64,000 bases of DNA from Desulfobacterales bacterium (GCA_049283795.1 JBAPWQ010000049.1:13400-77399); one strand, 5' to 3'; shown: positions 9,388-18,994, counted from the stretch's first letter. Notes: generated from the sequence alone by a model not told the origin. Numbers and translations are program-made.

Positions 9388-9945
9388 CTAGCTTCGGCAC
9401 TCCTTCAATTTGTGAAAAACGGCGGCAAAAACGTCGGAGAGCCTCAGGACGCCGAGGATTTCGCCGGCCTTGTTGGTTACCAGCAGCGATTGGTGGTGGC
9501 CGATAATCAGCTGGTGGATGGCCACATCCAGGGAAGCTTCCTCGTGGACGTATTCGCCTTCGGTGGGGGTGTACATGAAATCCTTGACCTTGCGGTCGGC
9601 CGCTTTTCTGCAGATGTCCGTCAAGGGGGTGGCCCACAGCGAAAATTGGTTCAGCATGCCCTGGATGAATTTGGTGCTGAACCCCAGGTGCCGGATGGTG
9701 CCGTCGGTTTGCAGCTCGTTGTATTTCGGCTCGAGGGCCTTTAAAGCATCCAACTGGCTGATTTTACCAACTATTTTGTTATTTTTGTCTAAAATCAAGA
9801 CGGCGCGATGCCGGTAGCGCGTCTGGTCGAATTGTTCCTGGGCCTTCTCAAGGGCCAGGATGGCGTCGCTGAGCGTGGCATCTTCGGAAACCGTGGCGTA
9901 TTCCGAAATCGGGACCATCAGATCTTTGACGATATACGTTTTCAT
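9388..9945 (-). CDS. CBS-domain pair protein
   Basis: Trimmed to the ATG at 9945 (GGAAGGAG upstream), giving 185 aa. Two CBS-like units (VKDLMVPISEYATVSEDATLSDA; VKDFMYT...LLVTNKAGEILGVLRLSDV). Confidence 0.75.
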   Translation of the reverse strand: MKTYIVKDLMVPISEYATVSEDATLSDAILALEKAQEQFDQTRYRHRAVLILDKNNKIVGKISQLDALKALEPKYNELQTDGTIRHLGFSTKFIQGMLNQFSLWATPLTDICRKAADRKVKDFMYTPTEGEYVHEEASLDVAIHQLIIGHHQSLLVTNKAGEILGVLRLSDVFAAVFHKLKECRS

Positions 9946-10240
9946 CTCCCTGCTCCTTCCATGATGGCGCGGTTTTGAGAAAATAGTCAAAACCGGAAAA
10001 GTCCAACGGGGGCCTGTGAAATAAATGCCATCCGTTAGCATTGAGATTTTGAAAGATCAATACTTAATTGGCTTACCGGACGGGGCGCGGGATTGCCGCC
10101 GAGGGCCTCAATTAAATGGCGGCAGCTGCTGCGGCAAACATTTCAAGCGGCTCTGGGCGGCGGTTGCTTCCGGAGGGGGAGCTTCGGCGAAAATGGCAGG
10201 AGAGCTTTCGGCACCATCAAAACAGTGTCGGGGATTCAGG

Positions 10241-10921
10241 TCACGAATCGATTCGGACCCGCACCCGTTTTGCGGTCGTGATGTCGGGAACATCTAAAGC
10301 CGGCAAGGGTTTGCGGAAGTAAGCTGGTTTAAACCGGTTGATATAGGTGGGCAGGTTGATGATCAGCGGCAGAATGCCGAAGGGGGCCCAGCAGCGTTTG
10401 TTGAGGAAGGCGTCCGCTGCGCGGAACAGGTCCACCGCCAGGCTGACGATACCGATGCCGAAGGTCGTGTGGCCGACGATCAGGGCGGGCAATTCCGTAT
10501 AGGAGCCCATCGCCGACAAAAGTTCGAACCCCTCGCCGAGCAGAAAATAACTCAGGGCGGTCGGAATCCCGCAGGCCAGCGCATTTATCCCCGTCAGCCG
10601 ATAGGCACGCTCGTGCATGCCGTTTAGCCGGGCGAAGGTCAGTTGATCCTGCCGCGTGAGCGAGCCCCCCACATAATAGGTATAGAGCAGGTCGGCCAGG
10701 CGGCTGAGACCGACGGACGCCAGAAAATGCCGCAGCTTGTGGTGTCGGAGCCAATACGACCCGGAATTTCTGCTTGTGGTGCCCGCGGCGTTGGTCGGGG
10801 GCTCCTGTTTCATGAACCGGTAGAATTTCAGTATTTGGCGGCCGATGATCCCGCTCTTGGTGATGAGATCCTCGGAACTCAGTTCGGGCTCAGGTTCGGG
10901 GTCAGAAAAAAACGCTGTCAT
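10241..10921 (-). CDS. Hypothetical membrane protein (226 aa)
   Basis: Long ORF with several hydrophobic segments (GINALACGIPTALSYFLLG, LIVGHTTFGIGIVSLAV, FGILPLIINL). No family recognised. Confidence 0.45.
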   Translation of the reverse strand: MTAFFSDPEPEPELSSEDLITKSGIIGRQILKFYRFMKQEPPTNAAGTTSRNSGSYWLRHHKLRHFLASVGLSRLADLLYTYYVGGSLTRQDQLTFARLNGMHERAYRLTGINALACGIPTALSYFLLGEGFELLSAMGSYTELPALIVGHTTFGIGIVSLAVDLFRAADAFLNKRCWAPFGILPLIINLPTYINRFKPAYFRKPLPALDVPDITTAKRVRVRIDS

Positions 10922-10965
10922 CGATGCACGCCGTCCCCGTCTGCAGGGGATATTGGTGGAAATTT

Positions 10966-11120
10966 CGGGTTGCGAGTTACGGGCTTATTGGGTTTTTGAT
11001 GTTCCAGGCCAAAATGATTGACAGCCCGGTATCTCGCTTCATAAGCGGTTGGCGTTCCTTTTTGCGAGTTTCAAGTTTCGAGTATCGAGTTTCCCTTTAT
11101 GGGTTACGGGTTTTCGAGAT
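10966..11120 (+). repeat. Composite intergenic element, copy A (GGGTTGC-type heptads plus a conserved core with GAGTTTC heptads)
   Basis: The core cttcataagcggttggcgttcctttttgcgagtttcaagtttcgagtatcgagtttcc (11037..11094) aligns in the same order and orientation with 45719..45789. It is preceded by cgggttgcgagttacggg, as in copy B. Confidence 0.5.
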
Positions 11121-11258
11121 TGTCGATGTCCTTGACTCGATGGTCATCTGCGGGGCTATGTATCATAATGGCCGGCAGTGTCAATTTCGATTCCGTCTCC
11201 GCCGCCGGTTTAAGCCCCCAACTGAAATTGACGCGAATGGCCGGCACCGGGTGGCGGG

Positions 11259-11693
11259 TCAGTGGGCAAAGCCGGTCAGCTCGACTTCGAAGTGCAGGGT
11301 TTTGCCCGCCAGCGGATGATTGGCATCCAGGGTCACCGTTTCCTCATCCATCCCCGCGATCCAGACCACGAATGACGAGCCGTCTTTTTGCTTGACCTGA
11401 AGCTGCAGCCCGAGCACCGGTTCGACGGAATCCGGCAGGTGGGCGCGACTGATCGTGGTGCAGAGCTTCTCGTCGCTTGGACCGTAGGCCTCCTGCGGGG
11501 AAATGACGAGATGTCGGTTTTCCCCGACTTCCATTCCAATCAACCCGTCTTCGAATCCCTTGATAAGACGGCCCTCACCGATGGTCATCTCCAGGGGAGA
11601 TTTCCCGCGGGAGGTGTCGAAAATCGTCTCGTCAGCAAGCCGCCCGGTGTAGTGAACCGTGACGGTATCGCCGGTTTTGGCCTTGCACATCAT
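11259..11693 (-). CDS. slyD: FKBP-type peptidyl-prolyl cis-trans isomerase (SlyD-like)
   Basis: 144 aa. Motifs VTVHYTGRLADETIFDTS, IKGFEDGLIGMEVGE and DANHPLAGKTLHFEVEL. AGGAGG RBS. Confidence 0.85.
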   Translation of the reverse strand: MMCKAKTGDTVTVHYTGRLADETIFDTSRGKSPLEMTIGEGRLIKGFEDGLIGMEVGENRHLVISPQEAYGPSDEKLCTTISRAHLPDSVEPVLGLQLQVKQKDGSSFVVWIAGMDEETVTLDANHPLAGKTLHFEVELTGFAH

Positions 11694-12294
11694 GCCTCCT
11701 TTCCGTGGATGTGACTGTTTCCATCCGAAAAATCCTTAACGCAAACTTCCGAAGCAGGGGGACATGCCGGATCGCAAAGAGAAGAAATATAGAGGAGCAG
11801 GGGGTGATAAAAAGAGTGTTTTTCGCATGGTAGTCATGTCCAAGAGCTGCCATTATAGGAGTTTATCCTACCACTAATAAAAACAAAGTCAAGTGCGCCG
11901 GACCACAAGCGGGTTGACATGAGCGGTATGCATGGTGTAAGAAAACACAGAGAGATAAGTCGTCTATCCGCATATTTCTCCCTCTTTTCTTTCTGCGGAC
12001 CAGGTGTGGGTGCGGGTCCCGATAATAGGTGTCTTTTTTCTCCACCGGCACGGGCAGTCAGTTTTCAGCTGTTCGACCAGAGTGTGGCCGGCAATGGTTT
12101 CCTCCCGGTTTGTCTTTTCGTCCCGAGACGCTTGGAACAAAACGGAATTGCGCCGGCAGGGCCAAGGCCGGGCGTTCAGCAGGCGTCATCGTCTCGCGCC
12201 GCAGCGCCGCCGCGGCCCCAAACCACAGTTTTCCGGTAGGCACCCGCAGGCGCACGTTCGTTCGAGACGTCACCCCCAACTTCTGGAGGTCATC

Positions 12295-12630
12295 ATGTGG
12301 CAAAAGTACCGGATCACCAAAAACGACACATCTGAAAAACTTCACATTCGGGAGTTCGCCGTATTGGATAATGTTCCGCGAATGAGTGAAATTGCGGATA
12401 TCAACCAGGAAGACTATTCATTGCTTTGCGAAGAAAGCTACGATAGTCAAGAGGTCACATCGGCTATCGTGGAAGGCAAGTCGGCATTGATCGGCGTATT
12501 GAGAACGCCGAACATGTATCCGATCAGCGTTTATGCCGAGGTAATCGCCGAATCGGTGATCGAACTCTACGATTCAGAAGCACCGGAATCGGTCGAACTG
12601 CTGTTCGATGATGCCGACCTGCTTCAATGA
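12295..12630 (+). CDS. Small acidic hypothetical protein (111 aa)
   Basis: ATG at 12295 preceded by GGAGG. It lies in frame inside track ORF 12004..12630. No family recognised. Confidence 0.45.
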   Translation: MWQKYRITKNDTSEKLHIREFAVLDNVPRMSEIADINQEDYSLLCEESYDSQEVTSAIVEGKSALIGVLRTPNMYPISVYAEVIAESVIELYDSEAPESVELLFDDADLLQ

Positions 12631-12925
12631 AGCCTCTTGCCGGTGTCGTGGCATCTCGACGGGTCTCGATGGCCTTGAACGAGGCAGGTGACCGGCGTTG
12701 CGAGGTTCAGGGTTCAGCCCGGCCGCCGGCCGCGAAACGCCTACTTTATTGTTGTCCTTGGCGCCTCTGACCGGTTCGACGTTCCGGCTGCTGGAAGTCG
12801 ACCCGCATCGGGTCAACGCGCCATTCTGGGGGCCGTTGAGCCGTCGCGGCAGGTGTGGTATAGGCGATGCCGATCGACAGTATCCGGAGTCGGTCGGAGC
12901 GCATACCCCTTTTGGAGGACAAGCC

Positions 12926-14395
12926 GTGACGGTTGATGCTTTTACCTGCCGCTGTGTCAGCGATACCCTGGACGGGCTGCGTGATGGCCTGTCCCACTTC
13001 TCGGGCCCCAGCCGGGCCGCCGTGCTGTTCTCGATTGCCCCCGGTGATCCCCTGTTCATCTGCGATCCCCAGAACCTTCTCAAAGGCCATGAGCCCCGCT
13101 TCAGGGAGCTTTACCTGGACAACGAGCAGTGGCGACGCGAACTTCCTGCCGGCTGTGACAAGAACAGGTTCAGCTACATGGTCGCGGAAAAGAACCTTCA
13201 ACTGGCCGGCCTCATCTCCTGCGGCGGACGTTCCAGCGCGGTATTTTTTCAGATGTGGTTCACCGATCACCATCCGGATATGTGTTCCATCGGACCCACC
13301 GAGCGTTGGCTGGAACACGCCGCCTGGCGTTTCTCGCACGATATGGCCAATGACAGGGAACTGTACACGGGCATATCGGGCGGTTTTTTGCGTGAATTCG
13401 CCAGCCACGCCGTGCATGACTACCTCGTCGACCGGATGAATGTTCTCCTGGGGTGGGACAGCCAGTTGCGGATTTACCCCATTCTGGACGCTGTTCTGGG
13501 AATATCGCGGACGCGGGAAGAGCAAATGATGCCCAGGGGCGAACTGGTTTTCCTCGAACGGCCCCTGCTGGGCAGCATCGACTACCTGGCGCGGTTTCCT
13601 GAAATGGAGCAGCCTCTGCTGGACAACTTTAAGCATGTCCGCAAGCTGCTGCAGGCGGTGGAGGATTCCGATCGCCAACTGGTGTCGGATGGGAAGAACA
13701 TCGTCGGCATCAGCACCGCCGGCGGGATGCCGCCCTTTTTTATCACGGCGGACTTCAGGGGCAATTTCGGCTTCCTGAAACTCAACGGCGAGGAGGTGTG
13801 CAGTTTTTCCGACGGCAGCTTTAAATCCACCACCCGCAAGGCCAAGCTAGTCCAGGTGGAGGAGGCCCTGTTCGAAGCCCGGCTCGATCCGGCGGTCGGC
13901 AGTCACCTGTTCAAAATAACGGCGGCACTGGTTCATGCCGCCGAAGAATCGAAATCCGGCTGTACCCTGGTCATCGACCTGAACGATGAACCGGTTGTCA
14001 TCTCTGGTCAGAGGCTGGCCGAGCCGCTCGATCTCCAGCAATCACACCTGCTGGAACTGGCCATCGCCCTGTCCAAAGTGGACGGGGCGCTCCACATCGG
14101 GCGCGACCGGCGTCTGCACGGGTTTGCCTGCCTGCTCGACGGCCTGGCGATACCGGGCGAAGATCGGGCGCGCGGGGCGCGCTTCAATTCGGCCCTGCGG
14201 TTTACGGCCGTGCGGCCGAAAATCCTGGTCGTGGTCGTGTCGGTCGATCGGCCGTATGCCGTCATCCAGGAAGGGGTCGAAATCAGTGCCCAGTGTCAGT
14301 GGGTGCCCCTGACAAGTTGCCTTTTCCGCCCGCTGACGCTGGCGGCCTGGGTCAACGGAAAAAAATCGGGTGTTCTGCTTTCCAGCGCAGCCTGA
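12926..14395 (+). CDS. Protein with a C-terminal DisA_N/DAC (diadenylate cyclase)-fold domain and a ~340-aa N-terminal domain of unknown function
   Basis: GTG at 12926 with GGAGGA 6 nt upstream, giving 489 aa. The C-terminus GCTLVIDL...KVDGALHIGRDRRLHGFACLLDG...GARFNSALRF...VVVVSVDRPYAVIQEG aligns by eye to the CdaA/DisA DAC domain. Confidence 0.7.
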   Translation: MTVDAFTCRCVSDTLDGLRDGLSHFSGPSRAAVLFSIAPGDPLFICDPQNLLKGHEPRFRELYLDNEQWRRELPAGCDKNRFSYMVAEKNLQLAGLISCGGRSSAVFFQMWFTDHHPDMCSIGPTERWLEHAAWRFSHDMANDRELYTGISGGFLREFASHAVHDYLVDRMNVLLGWDSQLRIYPILDAVLGISRTREEQMMPRGELVFLERPLLGSIDYLARFPEMEQPLLDNFKHVRKLLQAVEDSDRQLVSDGKNIVGISTAGGMPPFFITADFRGNFGFLKLNGEEVCSFSDGSFKSTTRKAKLVQVEEALFEARLDPAVGSHLFKITAALVHAAEESKSGCTLVIDLNDEPVVISGQRLAEPLDLQQSHLLELAIALSKVDGALHIGRDRRLHGFACLLDGLAIPGEDRARGARFNSALRFTAVRPKILVVVVSVDRPYAVIQEGVEISAQCQWVPLTSCLFRPLTLAAWVNGKKSGVLLSSAA

Positions 14396-14511
14396 TGCCG
14401 AAATGGCACAAAAGGGTCAGGTACCGTTTCAGAAATGAGCAACTTTGCGCGAGTTCAAGGAAAAAGGAAATCGTTGGAATTGCGCAAAAAGGCCATTTCT
14501 GGATGGGACAC

Positions 14512-15087
14512 TCAATAGTTTTCCGCTAAAAGTTCAAAATAAGCCCGCGGGTGATCGCAGGTCGGACAGATGTCCGGGGCCTCGGCGGCCTCCATGACCC
14601 GGCCGCAGTTGCGGCATTTCCAGAGCACTTTCTGCGGCTTCTTGAAGACGCGATCGGCCTGGACGGCTTCGATCAGTTTGTTGTAGCGACGTTCATGCCA
14701 TTTTTCGACTTCGGCCACCTGTTTGAAGATCCGGGCGGCATCCTTGAAGCCTTCCTGATCGGCCTCATCGGCAAAGCCCGTGTAGAGGGTCGTCCATTCC
14801 ATGCGTTCCCCTTCGGCGGCGGCCTTCAATTGCTCGAGCGTGCCGCCGACCACGCCGGCCGGATACCCGGCCGTGATGGTGGCCTCGCCGCCCTGCAGCT
14901 GGCGGAAAAAAACCTTGGCGTGCTCGAGTTCCTGGTCTGCGGTTTCCATGAAAATCCCGCAGATCTGCTCGAAGCCCTCTTTCTTGGCGATTTTGGCGGC
15001 CATCGAATAGCGGTTGCGCGCCTGGGACTCGCCTGCGAATGCCGCCAGCAGATTGTGTTCGGTTTTCGATCCCTTCAAAGATGCCAT
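14512..15087 (-). CDS. rbr: Rubrerythrin
   Basis: Trimmed to the ATG at 15087, giving 191 aa. Diiron ExxH motifs (DQELEHAKVF, EVEKWHERRY) and a C-terminal rubredoxin-like CRNCG...CPTCD. Confidence 0.9.
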   Translation of the reverse strand: MASLKGSKTEHNLLAAFAGESQARNRYSMAAKIAKKEGFEQICGIFMETADQELEHAKVFFRQLQGGEATITAGYPAGVVGGTLEQLKAAAEGERMEWTTLYTGFADEADQEGFKDAARIFKQVAEVEKWHERRYNKLIEAVQADRVFKKPQKVLWKCRNCGRVMEAAEAPDICPTCDHPRAYFELLAENY

Positions 15088-15247
15088 TTTGATCCCTTTC
15101 CTTCGGTTACGTTTGAACATTGGTGTCGCGTTTTGTAAAAGACGGTGCCGACAGAATGCGGGGATCTTAGACAAACGGGGATTTGATGTCAAGGACGATG
15201 GACACTGGCTGGTTGCTGAAAACGAGCACGGATGGCGGTTATTCATC

Positions 15248-15622
15248 TCACCCGGAAGTCCGTCCCTGAAGCCAGCGGACGGCCTCCACTGCTTCCGAAC
15301 GGTCGAAATAGCCGATATCGATTCCGCCGAACAGGCCGAACAGGCCGACGCTGGTTCTTTCCCAGGCCCTGCTGCCGATGATGGCGATCTTTTCGATGCT
15401 GTCGGCGTGCAGCCGCAGGAACTGCAGATTTTCGAAAAGCATTTCAGGGCTGCGCGCCGGCGCGGGGGTGTCGATGGATAACAGCAGCCGCACCCGGCCG
15501 CCGGCGGCAACAATGCTCTCCTGCAGCATACGGCTTAGCGCCCGGGTCTGCCGGTCGATCATGCGGTCGAAGAGCTTGACCGTGACAATATTGCCCAGGC
15601 GCTGAACCGGATTTTTTCCCAC
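15248..15622 (-). CDS. STAS/SpoIIAA-like (DUF3478-type) protein
   Basis: 124 aa. Its size and the IEKIAIIGSRAWE...FDRSEAVEAVRWL pattern resemble the SpoIIAA-like STAS family. By-eye call. Confidence 0.55.
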   Translation of the reverse strand: MGKNPVQRLGNIVTVKLFDRMIDRQTRALSRMLQESIVAAGGRVRLLLSIDTPAPARSPEMLFENLQFLRLHADSIEKIAIIGSRAWERTSVGLFGLFGGIDIGYFDRSEAVEAVRWLQGRTSG

Positions 15623-15663
15623 GGGAGAGTTTCCTTAGCCGCACCGCTGGCCGCGCAGGGTCA

Positions 15664-15870
15664 TCAGGCGTGCTCGTGTTCATGATCGGTGAAATCGCCC
15701 GGATGATGCGGCTCGGCATGGGGATGCGGATGGTCATGCTCGCGGTCGCCGTGGCGATGTTTGTGGGAATGAACGATAATCTGACCGCTGCCCTCGCACC
15801 GGCTGCAGTTCTGGGCGCTTATTTTCCCGGTGCCGCGACACTCGGGGCAATTTTCGGTGGATTCTGTCAT
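15664..15870 (-). CDS. Small His-rich protein with two DnaJ-type CxxCxGxG zinc-finger motifs
   Basis: 68 aa: CPECRGTG and CSRCEGSG, followed by the tail HSHKHRHGDREHDHPHPHAEPHHPGDFTDHEHEHA. Confidence 0.55.
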   Translation of the reverse strand: MTESTENCPECRGTGKISAQNCSRCEGSGQIIVHSHKHRHGDREHDHPHPHAEPHHPGDFTDHEHEHA

Positions 15871-16116
15871 CTGAGACCTCCCTTGTCGTTTCCTATAAAC
15901 CAGTGTTCCTCATATGGCCGGCGCAGCCGTTTGCGGAGGGATGGGCGCTGCGCCTGCCCGATTATTGAGATGATAGGTCCTTTAATCAATAAGGCAACAG
16001 CGGGCCGTGGGACCTGGTTTCCGACCGGAAAAGGAATGTGAAGTGTCGATAACACGGCTCCCCGAATAAAAATAAACTGTCGCCGGGAGAAAACCGTGCG
16101 GCCAGTGCCGGCGATG

Positions 16117-17307
16117 TCATGCACTCGTCCGGTCCCGCCGGCGTTCCAGCGCCTTTAACACAAACCGACCGGCATTGCGGGCGCCGATGATGTTGCGGGC
16201 GCAGGGACCGAGCTGCAGCTCGGCCAGGGGGCCGGTGACGAAGATGTTGGCCGCCCACCGCAGATCGCTTCCGATGATGGGGTAGCCGCAAGGCCCGCGT
16301 TTCAGCCTGAACTCGCGGATGACCTGGTCGATAAAATCACCTCCCGGTCGATGGGAGCAGAAGCCGGTGGCCAGGACGACGGTGTCGGCCCACAGCGGCT
16401 TGCCGTCGGTGTCGAGGCGAATGCGACCGCCATCGGCCGCCGCCCGGCGAATGCGGGATTTCTGGAATCGCAGGCGCTTTGCGCCGACCGCGGCGTCAAG
16501 CTCGGCGAAGACGTCCGATGGCAGGCTGCCGCCGAGCCGGGCGCGGTCAAGGGTCGCACGACGGCCGGCGACATCTAGCCGATAAAAGCCGCGCAGGCAT
16601 TTCGGGCCGATCCAGCACGGATCGAAATCGTACGGGCTTTGCCTGAGGTCGTGCCGTGAGACGAGCCGGACGGCTCCATCCAGCCGTTCGGACAGCATCA
16701 GGGTCGTCTGAACGGCGGATACCCCCCCGCCGACAACGACCACGCCGTCAGCGGCGGAGGAAATATCGGTCAGCTGGAATTTGCGGTCGAACAGGTGAAA
16801 GATCCGCGCCGTCGGCCGCAACCGGCGTGCCCAGGAAGGCCAGTAGGGTTGTTCGCCCAGTCCGATTGCCAGAAGGACGTTTCGGGCTGTTATCGCACCG
16901 GCCGAGGTTTCGGCGGTTATCGAGCGGCCGTTGTCATGCAGGGTCAAGGCCCGGCCAGCAATCCGCAACTCCTGCAACCGGAACCGCCGGATCACGTGCG
17001 CGCAGTGCTTCCGAAACAGCTCCAGGGAGGGCCGGTTGTACGGCGGGATGAAAGCGGCCGATTTTTCCACCGCCGCCGTCCGGGCGAACCGGTACAGGGA
17101 AAGTATCGGAAGATCGATGTTGTGGGTGGCGGGCGATCGCAAATAGCGCATGCCGCAACGGGTCGTGTTCCGATGCCAGGCCGAGAGCGGCTCCGGGTCG
17201 GGATCGAGGACGCGGACCTCGCCGGGATCTAAACCGGCCTGATTCACCAGCAGGTGCGAGAGATATGTCCCGTGAATGCCGCCGCCGATGATCAACCATG
17301 GTATCAT
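16117..17307 (-). CDS. FAD/NAD(P)-binding oxidoreductase (two-dinucleotide-binding-domain flavoprotein)
   Basis: 396 aa. N-terminal IIGGGIHG and a second Rossmann motif VVVVGGGVSAVQ. It starts 32 nt downstream of the rubredoxin gene on the same strand. Confidence 0.75.
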   Translation of the reverse strand: MIPWLIIGGGIHGTYLSHLLVNQAGLDPGEVRVLDPDPEPLSAWHRNTTRCGMRYLRSPATHNIDLPILSLYRFARTAAVEKSAAFIPPYNRPSLELFRKHCAHVIRRFRLQELRIAGRALTLHDNGRSITAETSAGAITARNVLLAIGLGEQPYWPSWARRLRPTARIFHLFDRKFQLTDISSAADGVVVVGGGVSAVQTTLMLSERLDGAVRLVSRHDLRQSPYDFDPCWIGPKCLRGFYRLDVAGRRATLDRARLGGSLPSDVFAELDAAVGAKRLRFQKSRIRRAAADGGRIRLDTDGKPLWADTVVLATGFCSHRPGGDFIDQVIREFRLKRGPCGYPIIGSDLRWAANIFVTGPLAELQLGPCARNIIGARNAGRFVLKALERRRDRTSA

Positions 17308-17339
17308 GGCCGTATTTCAGTCGAAACGGTCATGGGGAC

Positions 17340-17498
17340 TCAATCGAGTTTTTCGAAAAACTCCTTTTCGGCGCCGCATTTGGGGCAAACCCAGTCATCG
17401 GGCAGATCTTCGAAAGCCGTCCCGGCTTGGATGCTGTTCTCGAAATCGCCTTCTTCGGGATCGTAGATGTAACCACACGGACATTCCCACTTATCCAT
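17340..17498 (-). CDS. rub: Rubredoxin (52 aa, below the ORF-track size cutoff)
   Basis: Hand translation: [67 protein letters not shown]. Strong match to Desulfovibrio-type rubredoxins, except that the first Cys pair is CPC. Confidence 0.8.
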   Translation of the reverse strand: MDKWECPCGYIYDPEEGDFENSIQAGTAFEDLPDDWVCPKCGAEKEFFEKLD

Positions 17499-17632
17499 TT
17501 CTCCTCCTCCTTTGAACCGATGGGGCGTCCCGGTCCTGCCGACACACTAGACTGCAACAGCCGGGGCGGCATTAAATGCTTTTTGAACTCACAACCGCTA
17601 AGCACTCGAAAGCCGGGCGTCAAGCTGGTTTT

Positions 17633-18994
17633 TCAGGTTTTGAAGAATTTCAAGAGCACCACGGCAATCTGGAAATACAGGGTAATGCCGACGGCATCGA
17701 TGATCGTGGCAATGAAAGGACCGGCCGTCAGGGCCGGATCGAGCCCGATGCGTTTGAGCAGAAGGGGGATGAGCGCGCCGGCGAGATTGGCCGTCAGCAG
17801 TGTGACCAAAAGGGCCAGGGCCACGATACAGCCGAGGATCACGTGGTGATCCTGTAAAAAGACCCGGAAATAGGCCATCAGGCCCAGGGCGATCCCGAGT
17901 GCCAATCCCATCAGAAGTTCCCGATTGAAGACCCGCAGGGCGTCACGCGGGCAGATTTCTCCCAGGGCCAGGGCGCGCACCACCATGGTGGCGGACTGCG
18001 TGCCGGCATTGCCGCAGGTGCCGGTCACCAGGGGAATGAAAAACGCCAGCGCCACCATCTGGTGCAGAATCGCGGAATTCATTTCCATGACGGTGGTCGA
18101 GAGCAGCGAGGTGAACAACAAGATGGCCAGCCAGCAGAACCTGTTCCAGAACAAGCGCGGCAGGGGACGCTTGAAGTACTGTTCATCGAAAGGAATCACG
18201 GCCGAAATGCGCTGGAAATCCTCGGTGCTTTCGGCCTCGATGATGTCGATGACGTCATCGACGGTAATGATTCCCAACAGCCGGCCTTCGCGGTCCACGA
18301 CCGGCAGGGCGAGGAAATCGTATTTCGAGATGAGGGCGGCGACGGCTTCGACCTCCATATCGTGCTTGACCGAGATCACGTGGCCCTGCATGAGGGTATT
18401 CAGTACGGCCGTGGGCTTGGACATGATCAGGTCACGCAGCGACAGCATGCCCAGAAGGTGGCGTCGGTCGTCGGTGATATACACATAATAAATGGTTTCT
18501 TTGTTGGGAGCCTGCAGCCGCAGGCGCTCCAGCGCTGTGGCGACCGTGATGTGCCCCGGCAGAAAAGCATATTCCGTGGTCATCACCGCCCCCGCGGTCC
18601 CTTCGGCATACTGCCACAGGCGCCGGATGTCATTGCGCTCGGCCTGGGCAATCAGCGGCATGATCGCCTCGCTGATATCGGCATCGACTTTTTTCAGCAG
18701 GTCGACCCGGTCGTCCGGGTCCATGTTTTCGATAAACCGCAGCATGGTGACGGTGTTGCCGGTTTCCAGGCACGCCTGCTGCGTTTCGAGCGACAGCTGC
18801 TCGAAAGCTTCCATGGCGATATGATTGCCGACCTGCCGGAGGATTTCGATGATCACCTCGGGCTTGTGGTCGGCATTTTCCAGGATTTCGGCGATATCCG
18901 AGGGGTGCAGGTCGCGCAGGGCATCGATATTGCCGTCGATGGAGCCAAGGGACGGGAGCGTGCCCGTCACTGGGGAACAAAGGGCAGAGGTCAT
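17633..18994 (-). CDS. mgtE: Magnesium transporter MgtE
   Basis: 453 aa. It has the MgtE N-domain, tandem CBS domains and a C-terminal membrane domain with GNAGTQSATMVVRALALGE. AGGAGG RBS. Confidence 0.9.
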   Translation of the reverse strand: MTSALCSPVTGTLPSLGSIDGNIDALRDLHPSDIAEILENADHKPEVIIEILRQVGNHIAMEAFEQLSLETQQACLETGNTVTMLRFIENMDPDDRVDLLKKVDADISEAIMPLIAQAERNDIRRLWQYAEGTAGAVMTTEYAFLPGHITVATALERLRLQAPNKETIYYVYITDDRRHLLGMLSLRDLIMSKPTAVLNTLMQGHVISVKHDMEVEAVAALISKYDFLALPVVDREGRLLGIITVDDVIDIIEAESTEDFQRISAVIPFDEQYFKRPLPRLFWNRFCWLAILLFTSLLSTTVMEMNSAILHQMVALAFFIPLVTGTCGNAGTQSATMVVRALALGEICPRDALRVFNRELLMGLALGIALGLMAYFRVFLQDHHVILGCIVALALLVTLLTANLAGALIPLLLKRIGLDPALTAGPFIATIIDAVGITLYFQIAVVLLKFFKT

